A stretch of DNA of 64,000 bases, from positions 1,176 to 65,175 of the forward strand of contig DASQGW010000203.1 of NCBI GenBank assembly GCA_035632415.1, written 5' to 3'. Shown here in pieces: positions 1 to 8,258 of the stretch. Below the pieces are notes generated by a model. It had not been told where the DNA came from, ran no database searches, and saw only the letters and a program-made list of their open reading frames with translations. This DNA comes from Burkholderiales bacterium (GTDB lineage Bacteria; Pseudomonadota; Gammaproteobacteria; Burkholderiales; SG8-39). How positions within the stretch are numbered: the first letter of the stretch is position 1; each line of letters opens with the position of its first letter. Made by a program: the position numbers and the translations under genes.

Positions 1-217
1 GCACCGCCGCCCCCGCAATGGCCAGCCCATGGTGCTCCGTGAGCGCTTGATCCGGCGGGCGATAGAGACCCCGAGCGATACGTTCGAGCTCCCCGCCGGC
101 AACCAGCCGGCTGAGCACCTGGCGGTGAATCCCCGCCTGCGCCAGCTCGCGCGCCGTCACGCCCTGGCGGCGGCGGGCGAGCTTCAGCGTACGGTCACGG
201 TCGGTGGCTGCAGGCAT
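1..217 (-). CDS. AbiEi-family (type IV TA / abortive infection) antitoxin, N-terminal fragment; the gene runs off the left edge
   Basis: A minus-strand ATG at 217..215 opens MPAATDRDRTLKLARRRQGVTARELAQAGIHRQVLSRLVAGGELERIARGLYRPPDQALTEHHG... This is the winged-helix pattern typical of AbiEi N-terminal domains. It is absent from the ORF track because the window truncates it. Confidence 0.45.
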   Translation of the reverse strand, partial: MPAATDRDRTLKLARRRQGVTARELAQAGIHRQVLSRLVAGGELERIARGLYRPPDQALTEHHGLAIAGAAV

Positions 218-297
218 GTGGCGAATAGTAGACTTTTCTGCATATCTGTCAACGTTTCGCCACAACGCCCCAATGACTGCTCGAACAGCCTTGGGAA

Positions 298-714
298 CTA
301 CTTTGGCTTCTTCTTGTACCCAGCGACGGCGCCTGCCACAGCACCGACCACGGCAGCGGCCACCCTGAACTGCGGTGGAACAAGAAACAGGGCGAGAGAA
401 CCGATGCCAGCGCCAATAGCCGCATTCCGCTTTTTCTTCCGAGCAGAATAGGGAGCGCATTGATAACCGTGCTGCCGGCGCGCCGTCCTCGAAGACCAGT
501 CACCTTTGCTGCGATTACACGAGATGTGAGCGGCGAAAAGATTGTTTCCGTGATCGGTTCCGCCACGAGCCTGCGCGACGGAATGCTCAATCTCCCAGCC
601 GCCTCTTTTTCCAAACAGGGCGTAGTTGCGGAAGCTTAAGCGCTTCCGGCAGATGTGGCACTGGCCTTCCGTCCGGTCATAGATCGTTCGCAGTTGCGCT
701 TCTTCTCGTTTCAT
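298..714 (-). CDS. HNH endonuclease with a C-terminal hydrophobic glycine-zipper/TM tail
   Basis: CHICRKRL ... EIEHSVAQARGGTDHGNNLFAAHISCN gives a CxxC plus H-N-H zinc-finger nuclease core. The C-terminus is NAAIGAGIGSLALFLVPPQFRVAAAVVGAVAGAVAGY. The gene lies 7 nt downstream of the ImmA gene on the same strand. Confidence 0.75.
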   Translation of the reverse strand: MKREEAQLRTIYDRTEGQCHICRKRLSFRNYALFGKRGGWEIEHSVAQARGGTDHGNNLFAAHISCNRSKGDWSSRTARRQHGYQCAPYSARKKKRNAAIGAGIGSLALFLVPPQFRVAAAVVGAVAGAVAGYKKKPK

Positions 715-721
715 CGAGCGC

Positions 722-1747
722 CTACCCTATCTCGGCCGCGATCAACGCCTGCACGCCGCCTTGCGTTCGCCGCGCGACGACCCGAACGGCCACAGCATCC
801 AAGCACTCGCCGTCCGAAGAGGCCCACCACGACAGGTCTTCCACGGCGTCCATCTCTGCGTCCTGATCCTCAAGGATTCGGGCAATTACCGAGCGTTTAG
901 GGACGCGCATGTTCTCCGGAATGAAAAAGTTCTGCGCGCGCGCGGCTTCATTTGCCGTTACGCGCACCGCACGCAGAGCCGCCTCGGGGGCGTCCTCGAT
1001 TGCCACGGTCCCACGAGCAATGCGCTCCGCATCGCGCTTCTTCCGCGCCAGCTTGGCGTCGACGAGCAAGCACGGCGCCGGCCACGCCTGGAAGAAACCG
1101 AAAAGCGACGCCTGGGCGCTTGCTTCGGGGCACAGCCGTGCTTTCAGATCAGCGAAGGCGTCGAATGAGATCGGCCCTTTGGTGTGCTTTCGAACGATCT
1201 CGTCCCAGAACCCGATATTGCCGGCGATGGCATCCATTACGGATTCCTCGGGATCCTTTTCATCCGCCGGCACATGCGTCCGATAGAACTTCAGTCGCTG
1301 CTGGGGCGTGAGGGTAAGCAAATGTGCGAGCTCGTGCCACTTGGTGAAGTAGCTACGAAACGCTTTTTCTCCTCTGCAGTCGATCACCGAAACGAAGCGG
1401 CGCTGCCCCGGCTTCGGCGCCTTCAGAGTGTAGGTGATTCCAAACGTATGCGGGTGCGCCAACTCCCTCTCAATCTCGGCGAAGATGAACTCGCGGTCCG
1501 CTACGTACTGTTCCCGGATTTTTCGCAGATCCGCGTCGTTGTGCACCTCAAGGAACAACGTATCGACTTTCGTGGCGACCACTCGGAGCAGGTCGCTCAG
1601 CCGTTCGCACGGCACTTCCTTTAGGAATGAGCGCACCTGCTTACGCGCATAACGCAGGATGTCCTGCAGCGGATTTTCGCTCGGCTTCAAGCCGAGATCC
1701 TGCGCCAAAGCCAATACCTCAGGCTTATCTACGAGTCTTGGAGGCAC
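722..1747 (-). CDS. ImmA/IrrE-family zinc metallopeptidase (CapP-like)
   Basis: HEXXH motif in FTKWHELAHLLTL. GTG start overlaps the 3' end of the upstream XRE gene by 23 nt. This is the typical repressor-protease gene pair. Confidence 0.8.
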   Translation of the reverse strand: MPPRLVDKPEVLALAQDLGLKPSENPLQDILRYARKQVRSFLKEVPCERLSDLLRVVATKVDTLFLEVHNDADLRKIREQYVADREFIFAEIERELAHPHTFGITYTLKAPKPGQRRFVSVIDCRGEKAFRSYFTKWHELAHLLTLTPQQRLKFYRTHVPADEKDPEESVMDAIAGNIGFWDEIVRKHTKGPISFDAFADLKARLCPEASAQASLFGFFQAWPAPCLLVDAKLARKKRDAERIARGTVAIEDAPEAALRAVRVTANEAARAQNFFIPENMRVPKRSVIARILEDQDAEMDAVEDLSWWASSDGECLDAVAVRVVARRTQGGVQALIAAEIG

Positions 1748-2156
1748 TTTCGTAAGCCCCTTTTATCGCCTTATGTAGATTCTTCCAGTCATCGACCGTT
1801 CGATGCTTGCGAACCTTCGTGCTCCGCCTCGCTACCACGGCCTCATGTGCATCGAGGAGGGTAAGCGTCTCGCTATAAGTTAGGCCAAGCTCCTCTGCGG
1901 CCTGTGAAAGCTCAGGTGGAATTGATACTGGCCCTCGCGCCGACTCCTGTTTGACCTGTTCACCTCGCATTAAATAGTCGAGGGAGAAACCTAAAGCGTC
2001 GGCAATCTTCAGTGCGTTGTCTGCACTCACGTTTCGCTTATTGTTCTCGACATCACTTAGAAAGCCCTTACTTATCTGAGCCTTATCTGCTAATTGTTCT
2101 TGAGTCCAGCCCATTTTTTCTCTCGCTTCCCTGATCCTGTCCCCAGGGGTTGGCAT
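1725..2156 (-). CDS. XRE-family helix-turn-helix transcriptional regulator (CapH-like)
   Basis: N-terminal Cro/C1 HTH: IREAREKMGWTQEQLADKAQISKGFLSDVENNKRNVSADNALKIADALGFSLDYLM. Transcribed divergently from the Ubl operon. Confidence 0.85.
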   Translation of the reverse strand: MPTPGDRIREAREKMGWTQEQLADKAQISKGFLSDVENNKRNVSADNALKIADALGFSLDYLMRGEQVKQESARGPVSIPPELSQAAEELGLTYSETLTLLDAHEAVVARRSTKVRKHRTVDDWKNLHKAIKGAYESASKTRR

Positions 2157-2195
2157 CGGTTCCTCCGGAAAAGCGTTCCAATAGTCTAACCCTAA

Positions 2196-2276
2196 ATAGC
2201 GAATTTGGCTCGCTTTCCTTGATGTCCGCTCGCAGTTCGCAATACAATATCTACACCGCTATACGAATCATAGCGG
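2196..2276. promoter_or_regulatory. Candidate operator(s) in the divergent promoter region
   Basis: Inverted repeat CCGCTAT-N7-ATAGCGG at 2256-2276, plus a third ATAGCG half-site at 2196-2201. All lie inside the 147-bp AT-richer intergenic region between the XRE gene and the Ubl operon. Confidence 0.3.
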
Positions 2277-2303
2277 CACACTTTGCGAAACAGGAGATCG
2301 AAG

Positions 2304-2471
2304 ATGCCTGCACCCATTGGAACCACAGCTAGAACCGGCGAAACCTGCCCCGAAAGTGGCGTCTGGGAAGTGACCAGCCGGCCGAGCACCACGGCGCCGA
2401 TCGCGAAGCGGAACCGCATGCCGCCCTATGGTGGCCAAGCGGTGACCTGGAAACTCATCAGACTCGCCTAA
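2304..2471 (+). CDS. Small (55 aa) leader protein of the Ubl operon, YjzC-like pattern
   Basis: ATG at 2304 is preceded by CAGGAGA (2291-2297). The sequence MPAPIGTTARTGETCPESGVWEV...IAKRNRMPPYGGQAVTWKLIRLA resembles small G-x-x-x-P-x-SG-x-W ... PP ... W-x-L proteins. The family assignment is tentative. Confidence 0.5.
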   Translation: MPAPIGTTARTGETCPESGVWEVTSRPSTTAPIAKRNRMPPYGGQAVTWKLIRLA

Positions 2472-2493
2472 CTCACGTAAGGAAGGAAAGCTC

Positions 2494-3150
2494 ATGACCG
2501 AAGCGCTAAAGGAAGCGTCCGCCGAACACGGCCAGAAATTCTTCATCGACATCGAGGGCACCATCCACGAGTGGTCCTCGCCGACGATCACCACCGAGCA
2601 GCTCGCGCAACTCGGTGGCTGGGACGTGTCCGCAGGGGTGATCGAGATCGACCCCGACAACAATGAGCGCACGCTCGCCCCCGGCGAGGTCATCGAGCTC
2701 AAGCCCGGGCACGGCTTCGCCAAGAAGGTCCGCTGGAAGCGAGGCGACAACGCCTTCGACGCGAGGCTGGACCTGGAGATGCAGCTCCTCCAGGGACATT
2801 TCGGAAAGGCCGTGACCCGCAACGGCGCGTGGTTCCAGGTAATTGACTATCCCGTTGCAGGCAAGGACTGGAACCGCGACAAGACGCCGGTTGCGTTCCG
2901 TGCACAGGTCGGCTATCCGGGCACGCCGCCTTACGGAATCTTCGTGCCCGCCGGCATCCGGTTTAATGGCGCTCCGCCGCAAAACTATCAGGAGCCAGCG
3001 GGTGACAAGCCGCCTTTCCCCGGCGACTGGGGGCTCTTTTCCTGGTCGCCTGAAGACGGGCAATGGCGCCCGGGCCCCACGCCGCGCGAGGGCTCCAACC
3101 TCCTCAACTTCACCCTGGGATTTGCGCACCGCTTCCGGCAGGGAGCCTGA
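2494..3150 (+). CDS. Ubiquitin-like (multiubiquitin-type beta-grasp) domain fused to an E2/UBC-like domain without cysteine
   Basis: The N-terminal part KFFIDIEGTIHEWSSPTITTEQLAQLGGWDVSAGVIEIDPDNNERTLAPGEVIELKPGHGF reads as Ubl-like. The C-terminal VGYPGTPPYGIFVPAGIRF... resembles the YPxxPPxxxF core of UBC/RWD folds. The 218-aa translation has no Cys. Operon partners are JAB and E1. Confidence 0.7.
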   Translation: MTEALKEASAEHGQKFFIDIEGTIHEWSSPTITTEQLAQLGGWDVSAGVIEIDPDNNERTLAPGEVIELKPGHGFAKKVRWKRGDNAFDARLDLEMQLLQGHFGKAVTRNGAWFQVIDYPVAGKDWNRDKTPVAFRAQVGYPGTPPYGIFVPAGIRFNGAPPQNYQEPAGDKPPFPGDWGLFSWSPEDGQWRPGPTPREGSNLLNFTLGFAHRFRQGA

Positions 3151-3152
3151 CT

Positions 3153-3683
3153 GTGGCGCTCATCAGCATCGGCGCGGCCGAGCTCGACCGGCTTCGCAGG
3201 CATCTGCTGAGCACGCCGCGTTGTGAGCAGGGCGCCTTTCTGTTCTGCCGGCACTCAGTCTCGGGCGGTGTCGACCACGTTTTCGCCTGTGAAGACTGGT
3301 CTCCCCTCAAGCGCTCCGACTTTGAAGTTCAGGCAGGCGACTACCTCGAGCTGACCGATGCCGCGCGCGCCCTGCTCATCAAGCAGGCGCATGACCGCGG
3401 CCTTTGCCTCGTGGAAAGCCATTCGCATCCCGGCCCGTATCCGGCGGCGTTTTCCTACTCCGACCTCACCGGCCTGGACGAATTCGTGCCGCACGTGCGC
3501 TGGCGGCTCCGCGGGCGACCCTATGCGGCGCTGGTGTTCGCGCCGAGCGGCTTTGACGGCCTTGCCTGGACCGATGGGCCGGGCACGCTGCCGCAGCAGC
3601 TCGTGGCTATCGAAACCGAGAAAGCGCGGCTTGCCGCGACCGGCTTGACCTTGGCTCGCACGGCAAGGGCAGCCCATGGATAG
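3153..3683 (+). CDS. JAMM/JAB-family metallo-isopeptidase (Prok-JAB type)
   Basis: GTG at 3153 lies 2 nt after the upstream stop, with GGCAGGGAG just upstream. Motifs are EQGAFLF (catalytic Glu) and ESHSHPGPYPAAFSYSD (HxH...S..D). Confidence 0.8.
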   Translation: MALISIGAAELDRLRRHLLSTPRCEQGAFLFCRHSVSGGVDHVFACEDWSPLKRSDFEVQAGDYLELTDAARALLIKQAHDRGLCLVESHSHPGPYPAAFSYSDLTGLDEFVPHVRWRLRGRPYAALVFAPSGFDGLAWTDGPGTLPQQLVAIETEKARLAATGLTLARTARAAHG

Positions 3684-4545
3684 GTTCGACCGCAACATCC
3701 GCTTCTTTGGCGCCGACGGCCAGGCGAAGCTGCGCAACGCGCATGTTGCGGTCGCGGGCTGCGGCGGCCTCGGTCAACACGTGATTCAGCAGCTCGCGTT
3801 CCTAGGCGTCAGCAAGCTCACGTTGATCGAGGACGAAGCGCTCAGCCGCAGCAACCTGAATCGATACATTCTGGCGCGGCACGACGACCCGATTCCCGGA
3901 ACCCACAAAATCGACAACGCGCTGCGCGCGATTTCGGCGATTGACCCGTCCATCGAGGTCACGCCCATCCGGAACTCGATCCGCTCGCGTGAGGCCTTCG
4001 AGGCGCTGCGCCCGGTACACAGCGTCTTCGGCTGCTTCGACAACGATGGAGCGCGGCTGATCCTGAATGAATACGCTAAAGCATATTCAAAGGAATACTA
4101 CGATCTTGCGAGCGACATCGAACAGGACGCCGGTCTGCGTTATGGAGGCCGCGTCGTGCGCGTCGACCACACTCCGGGTTGCCTAGTGTGCTTGGGGCAC
4201 ATCGATCTTGCCGCAGCCCGCGAGGACCTCGAGAGCGATGCCGCACGCCGGGACCGCGCCAAGATCTACGGCGTGGATGCCGACCTACTGGATGACGGCG
4301 GACCGTCCGTGGTATCCATCAACGGCGTCGTAGCGTCACTTGGCGCAACCGAGTACGTGCTCTCAGTGACGGGTATCCGATCGCCGAAACGGCTCCTGAC
4401 CTACCGCGGAGATCGCGGCATCGTAACTACCGGAAACGCGGACGCAACGCCAGGATGCTATTTCTGCGAAACCATCGCGGGTACCGGCGCTAGTGCTGCT
4501 GTCGAACGCTACATCATCACCGCGGCCGAGAGCGTCGCTGTCTAG
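3676..4545 (+). CDS. ThiF/MoeB-type E1-like adenylyltransferase
   Basis: VAVAGCGGLGQHV (nucleotide loop), EDEALSRSNLNRY, FDNDGARLILN, and two CxxC pairs (CLVC, CYFC). The start overlaps the JAB stop by 8 nt. Confidence 0.85.
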   Translation: MDRFDRNIRFFGADGQAKLRNAHVAVAGCGGLGQHVIQQLAFLGVSKLTLIEDEALSRSNLNRYILARHDDPIPGTHKIDNALRAISAIDPSIEVTPIRNSIRSREAFEALRPVHSVFGCFDNDGARLILNEYAKAYSKEYYDLASDIEQDAGLRYGGRVVRVDHTPGCLVCLGHIDLAAAREDLESDAARRDRAKIYGVDADLLDDGGPSVVSINGVVASLGATEYVLSVTGIRSPKRLLTYRGDRGIVTTGNADATPGCYFCETIAGTGASAAVERYIITAAESVAV

Positions 4546-5372
4546 GATTTTCTGTCGCCGCTCAAGCTGGCGATAGCCGCCTTCAGAACTTGAAGGCAGA
4601 TTTCGGCGGTGTGCTTGTCCGGTTTGAACCCGGAACTCATTTGCGCATAGGGATGAATGTAGTTTCTGAAGTCTCTAAGCGCGTGACTGAATTTCTTTAC
4701 GTCCAACTTCAGATAGCCGACCTCGCACGCGACATCGATCAAATTTGCAAGCGTCCACTCATGAAATTGCTTCGCGGCGCCAGCTTTGTCTTTTGGACAG
4801 TTCGGCGCCTGGTTGAACTCCTGTGGATTGGCGCTTGCCACACCGAGTAGCAATCCCTCCAGAATGCTTCCGCAATGAAACACCACCGCTAGCGGTGAAT
4901 CGGCCTTCAGGCAGCGGACCGCTTCGGAGAATCTCGACTCGAGAATTGGGGCCAAAGGGCCGGTAGTCGGGATTTTCTGTAGCGAGAGTGCCCCGTAGCT
5001 CTGCTTGAGGAACTCCTCGGCGGAATCCTTCTGCTGCACCGGTTTTCCGAGCAGCTTCTGAACAACATGATTTACGCGCTCGGCGAGCGCGGTTTCCTTG
5101 GCCGTGGGCTGCAGGGTCTTGTAGCGCCAGTACTCCAATAGGTCGGCGATCGTCTTGCCGACAACCGAGTCAGGTTCAAGTTCGACGAAGGCTCTGAGCC
5201 TTCTCGCCTTTGAATCTCCGTTCTTGGCGTACTTGTCTGCGTAAATGTCTATGCGAGCGCTCTCCCGAAAGAACTCGCTGAATGTCCTGTTCGAAAAATC
5301 CATGACATAGCCGCCGCCCATCGCAAAGAGTTCTTCAAGACACTCGCGCTCCAACATCTTCAGGCTACTCAT
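4542..5372 (-). CDS. HEPN-like / Abi-like protein encoded at the tail of the type I M-S operon
   Basis: The start overlaps the hsdS stop (ATGA-type, 5369-5372). The C-terminal helical region is WTLANLIDVACEVGYLKLDVKKFSHALRDFRNYIHP (R-x6-H, RN..H-like HEPN signature). The N-terminal GGYVMDFSNRTFSEFF...SKARRLRAF segment is common in genes embedded in R-M loci. Confidence 0.5.
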   Translation of the reverse strand: MSSLKMLERECLEELFAMGGGYVMDFSNRTFSEFFRESARIDIYADKYAKNGDSKARRLRAFVELEPDSVVGKTIADLLEYWRYKTLQPTAKETALAERVNHVVQKLLGKPVQQKDSAEEFLKQSYGALSLQKIPTTGPLAPILESRFSEAVRCLKADSPLAVVFHCGSILEGLLLGVASANPQEFNQAPNCPKDKAGAAKQFHEWTLANLIDVACEVGYLKLDVKKFSHALRDFRNYIHPYAQMSSGFKPDKHTAEICLQVLKAAIASLSGDRKS

Positions 5373-6721
5373 ACACGTTCGATGGCTTCCACAGCCTCTT
5401 CCACACTAAGCTCACCGGATATAAGTTTTGGCAGAAGGGTGTCGCGAAGTTCGGCGAGTGTTTCAGATTCCTGTTCTGTGGTTTGTATGCGATCAAGGAC
5501 CAGACCGGCCACCGAGTCGAACGCCCCAATGAGAAGCGATGGCGGGCAAGCAAACCGAAAGGACGGCACGGCATTCTTCGCAAGATGCAACACTGTCGTG
5601 CCTGTCGTATGCGCGTATGTGTGAGCCACAAATCTGTCACTGCAAGCCAAGAAATAAAGGAATGAGCGACGAATGTCGTCCCGGCTAGCTCGCACAATCA
5701 GTGTGTCGAGCGACGCCACTAACGTCCTAAACCTGCTCGTGGACCGCACAATTGCAGGACGACCGATCACCTCCGCGGCCTGTGTCACATCCGTACATGC
5801 GATGATGAGATCGCCGGAACCTACCACTTGTTCCGGTTTGTACCTCCCCACGAAGGGTTTCAGACCCTCAGAACGATAGCCGCCGCCACGCGCAAAGGAT
5901 TTGAGTGTAACTAGCGCGACACTCGATTCGACCAATTCTTCACTTGTGTAGGATCGCCCCTTGGTCGTTTCGATCAACCCTCCAAGCGCACATACTGTCC
6001 AGCCTTCCGGAATTTCGCCGATGTCCGACTCTATGAGGCGAGCCGGAAAAAGGTCCGCGAGAGTTTTGGCAAGCACAGGGACGCGGCCTTCTGATTTGGC
6101 GCGGACCGGGTCGAAGTCGACGAACCACGATTTGAAGAGCGCTCGTGCCGTCGCCTCCAAGGTTCCATCTATCCGACGGTTCAGCTCAATCTTGTCGTCA
6201 AGGGCTGCGAGGATGCTCGCGATGGTACGTTGAGTCTCGACATCAGGAAATCGAAAACGAAAATCATGTTGTTGCGAAATGCTGACGTAGTCAGCGGCCA
6301 TCGCGCCATGAGTCTTTACCCCGTCGAGAGCCGATTGAAACTCGTAACTGCGCATGAAGTAGAAAACAAAGCCTGGGTCGAGGACGTTGCGGTCGGTGAC
6401 ACGCCAATAAGCGACCTGCGGGGCAAACACGACGGGTGGCTGCTCCGGGCGCAGCCATCCTGCTCGGCCCACCGTCCCTTTCGTGATAAATGCAGCGTCT
6501 CCGGGTTGAGTAAGCTTCGCCGAGATGCGGCTAACGAACTCCGGCCTAATGTGGTCTACCGTGTTCGTATTAATCCAACCATCCCCTATGTCACCACCGC
6601 GGACAAAGGGCACTCCTTCCGAGCCTAGCTCCTCGTTGCGGACGCGATATCCATCAGAGATCCTAAGCGCCCCCTGATCCACAAGGTCACCGACGCGAAT
6701 CTCACACCAGTCAGCCGCCAT
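5369..6721 (-). CDS. hsdS: Type I restriction-modification specificity subunit
   Basis: Two target-recognition-domain halves are separated by conserved helices ([17 protein letters not shown] ... [17 protein letters not shown]). The gene overlaps hsdM by 11 nt. Confidence 0.85.
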   Translation of the reverse strand: MAADWCEIRVGDLVDQGALRISDGYRVRNEELGSEGVPFVRGGDIGDGWINTNTVDHIRPEFVSRISAKLTQPGDAAFITKGTVGRAGWLRPEQPPVVFAPQVAYWRVTDRNVLDPGFVFYFMRSYEFQSALDGVKTHGAMAADYVSISQQHDFRFRFPDVETQRTIASILAALDDKIELNRRIDGTLEATARALFKSWFVDFDPVRAKSEGRVPVLAKTLADLFPARLIESDIGEIPEGWTVCALGGLIETTKGRSYTSEELVESSVALVTLKSFARGGGYRSEGLKPFVGRYKPEQVVGSGDLIIACTDVTQAAEVIGRPAIVRSTSRFRTLVASLDTLIVRASRDDIRRSFLYFLACSDRFVAHTYAHTTGTTVLHLAKNAVPSFRFACPPSLLIGAFDSVAGLVLDRIQTTEQESETLAELRDTLLPKLISGELSVEEAVEAIERV

Positions 6722-8258
6722 ATCCTAGCCTCGCGAGTTTGGCTGCAATAGCGGCGTCGAGCTTCGCTGCATCGGCCTGCTGTTTGCGGAGTGTCGAGAT
6801 CAGCAGTTTGATTCTGCCCTCGAACGGTTCCCCGTTATCTTCCTGCGCTGCCGTGCCTACATAGCGGCCAGGCGTGAGAACATGGCCGTGCTCGCGGATC
6901 TCCTCTAGCGAGGTACTCTTGCAGAAGCCCGGGGTATCTTCGTATTTGCCGGCATCCTTCTCACCGCGCCAGGCGTGATAGGTCTTGGCGATTCGCGAGA
7001 GCTCGTCGTCGGTTAGCTCGCGATGGATGCGGTCCACCAGTTTTCCGAGCTTGCGAGCGTCGATGAAGAGGACATGGCCGCGGCGCTCGCGGAATTTGTG
7101 GTTTTTCTTGTCGCGCGCGAGGAACCAGAGGCAGGCGGGTATTTGTGTCGAATAGAAGAGCTGGCCGGGGAGCGCAACCATGCAGTCGACGAGGTCGGCT
7201 TCGACGAGGCTGCGTCGGATGTCGCCTTCGCCTGACTGATTGGATGACATCGAACCGTTCGCGAGCACGAAGCCTGCGAGCCCGGTAGGCGAGAGGTGGT
7301 GGACGATGTGCTGGACCCAGGCGAAGTTCGCATTGCTCGCGGGCGGGGCACCATATTTCCAGCGCTTGTCCTCGCGCAGGCGGTCGCCCCCCCAGTCGCT
7401 CACGTTGAAGGGCGGGTTGGCGAGGATGTAGTCGGCCTTGAGGTCGGGGTGGCGGTCGTTGTGGAAGGTGTCGCCGTGCTCGATCCTGCCCTCGATGCCG
7501 CGGATGGCGAGGTTCATCTTGGCGAGGCGCCACGTGGTGTAGTTGGATTCCTGGCCGTAGATGCTGATGTCGCCGAATTTGCCGCCGTGGGCGACGATGA
7601 ATTCCTCGGACTGGACGAACATTCCGGATGAGCCGCAGCAGGGGTCGTAGACACGGCCCTTGAAGGGCTCGAGCATTTCGACGAGGAGCTTGACCACGCA
7701 GCGCGGGGTGTAGAACTCGCCGCCCTTCTTGCCTTCGGCGCTCGCGAACTGCGAGAGGAAGTATTCGTAGACGCGGCCGAGCACGTCCTTGGACCGGCTC
7801 TCGGCGTCGCCGATGCGGATGTTGGAGACGAGGTCGATAAGCTGGCCGAGGCGCTGCTTGTCGAGCGCGGGGCGCGCGTACTCCTTCGGCAGTACGCCCT
7901 TAAGCGAGGGGTTGTCGCGCTCGATGCCCGCCATGGCTTCGTCCACGAGCTGGCCGATGGTCGGCTGTTTCGCCTGCGCCTTGAGCTTCGGCCAGCGAGC
8001 CTCGGGCGGCACCCAGAAGATGCCCTTCGCGCGGTATTCGTCCGGATCTTCGGGGTCGGCGCCTTGCTTCTTCTCGGCGTCGAGCTTGGCGTGCAGCTCT
8101 TCGAAGGCGTCGGAGATGTACTTGAGGAAGATCAGGCCGAGGACAACATGCTTGTACTCCGCGGCGTCCATGCTCCCGCGAAGCGCATCGGCCATGCGCC
8201 AGAGCTCGGCTTCGTAGCCGACGTTCGCGCCGTTGGAATTGCCTTTCTTCCCCGCCAC
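6711..8258 (-). CDS. hsdM: Type I restriction-modification N6-adenine DNA methyltransferase subunit
   Basis: [32 protein letters not shown] (HsdM N-terminus), GEFYTPR, DPCCGSGGMF-like motif I ([10 protein letters not shown]) and NPPF ([12 protein letters not shown]). The GTG at 8258 has an upstream GAGGGG; the longer ORF start at 8324 is an alternative. Confidence 0.9.
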   Translation of the reverse strand: MAGKKGNSNGANVGYEAELWRMADALRGSMDAAEYKHVVLGLIFLKYISDAFEELHAKLDAEKKQGADPEDPDEYRAKGIFWVPPEARWPKLKAQAKQPTIGQLVDEAMAGIERDNPSLKGVLPKEYARPALDKQRLGQLIDLVSNIRIGDAESRSKDVLGRVYEYFLSQFASAEGKKGGEFYTPRCVVKLLVEMLEPFKGRVYDPCCGSSGMFVQSEEFIVAHGGKFGDISIYGQESNYTTWRLAKMNLAIRGIEGRIEHGDTFHNDRHPDLKADYILANPPFNVSDWGGDRLREDKRWKYGAPPASNANFAWVQHIVHHLSPTGLAGFVLANGSMSSNQSGEGDIRRSLVEADLVDCMVALPGQLFYSTQIPACLWFLARDKKNHKFRERRGHVLFIDARKLGKLVDRIHRELTDDELSRIAKTYHAWRGEKDAGKYEDTPGFCKSTSLEEIREHGHVLTPGRYVGTAAQEDNGEPFEGRIKLLISTLRKQQADAAKLDAAIAAKLARLGYGG

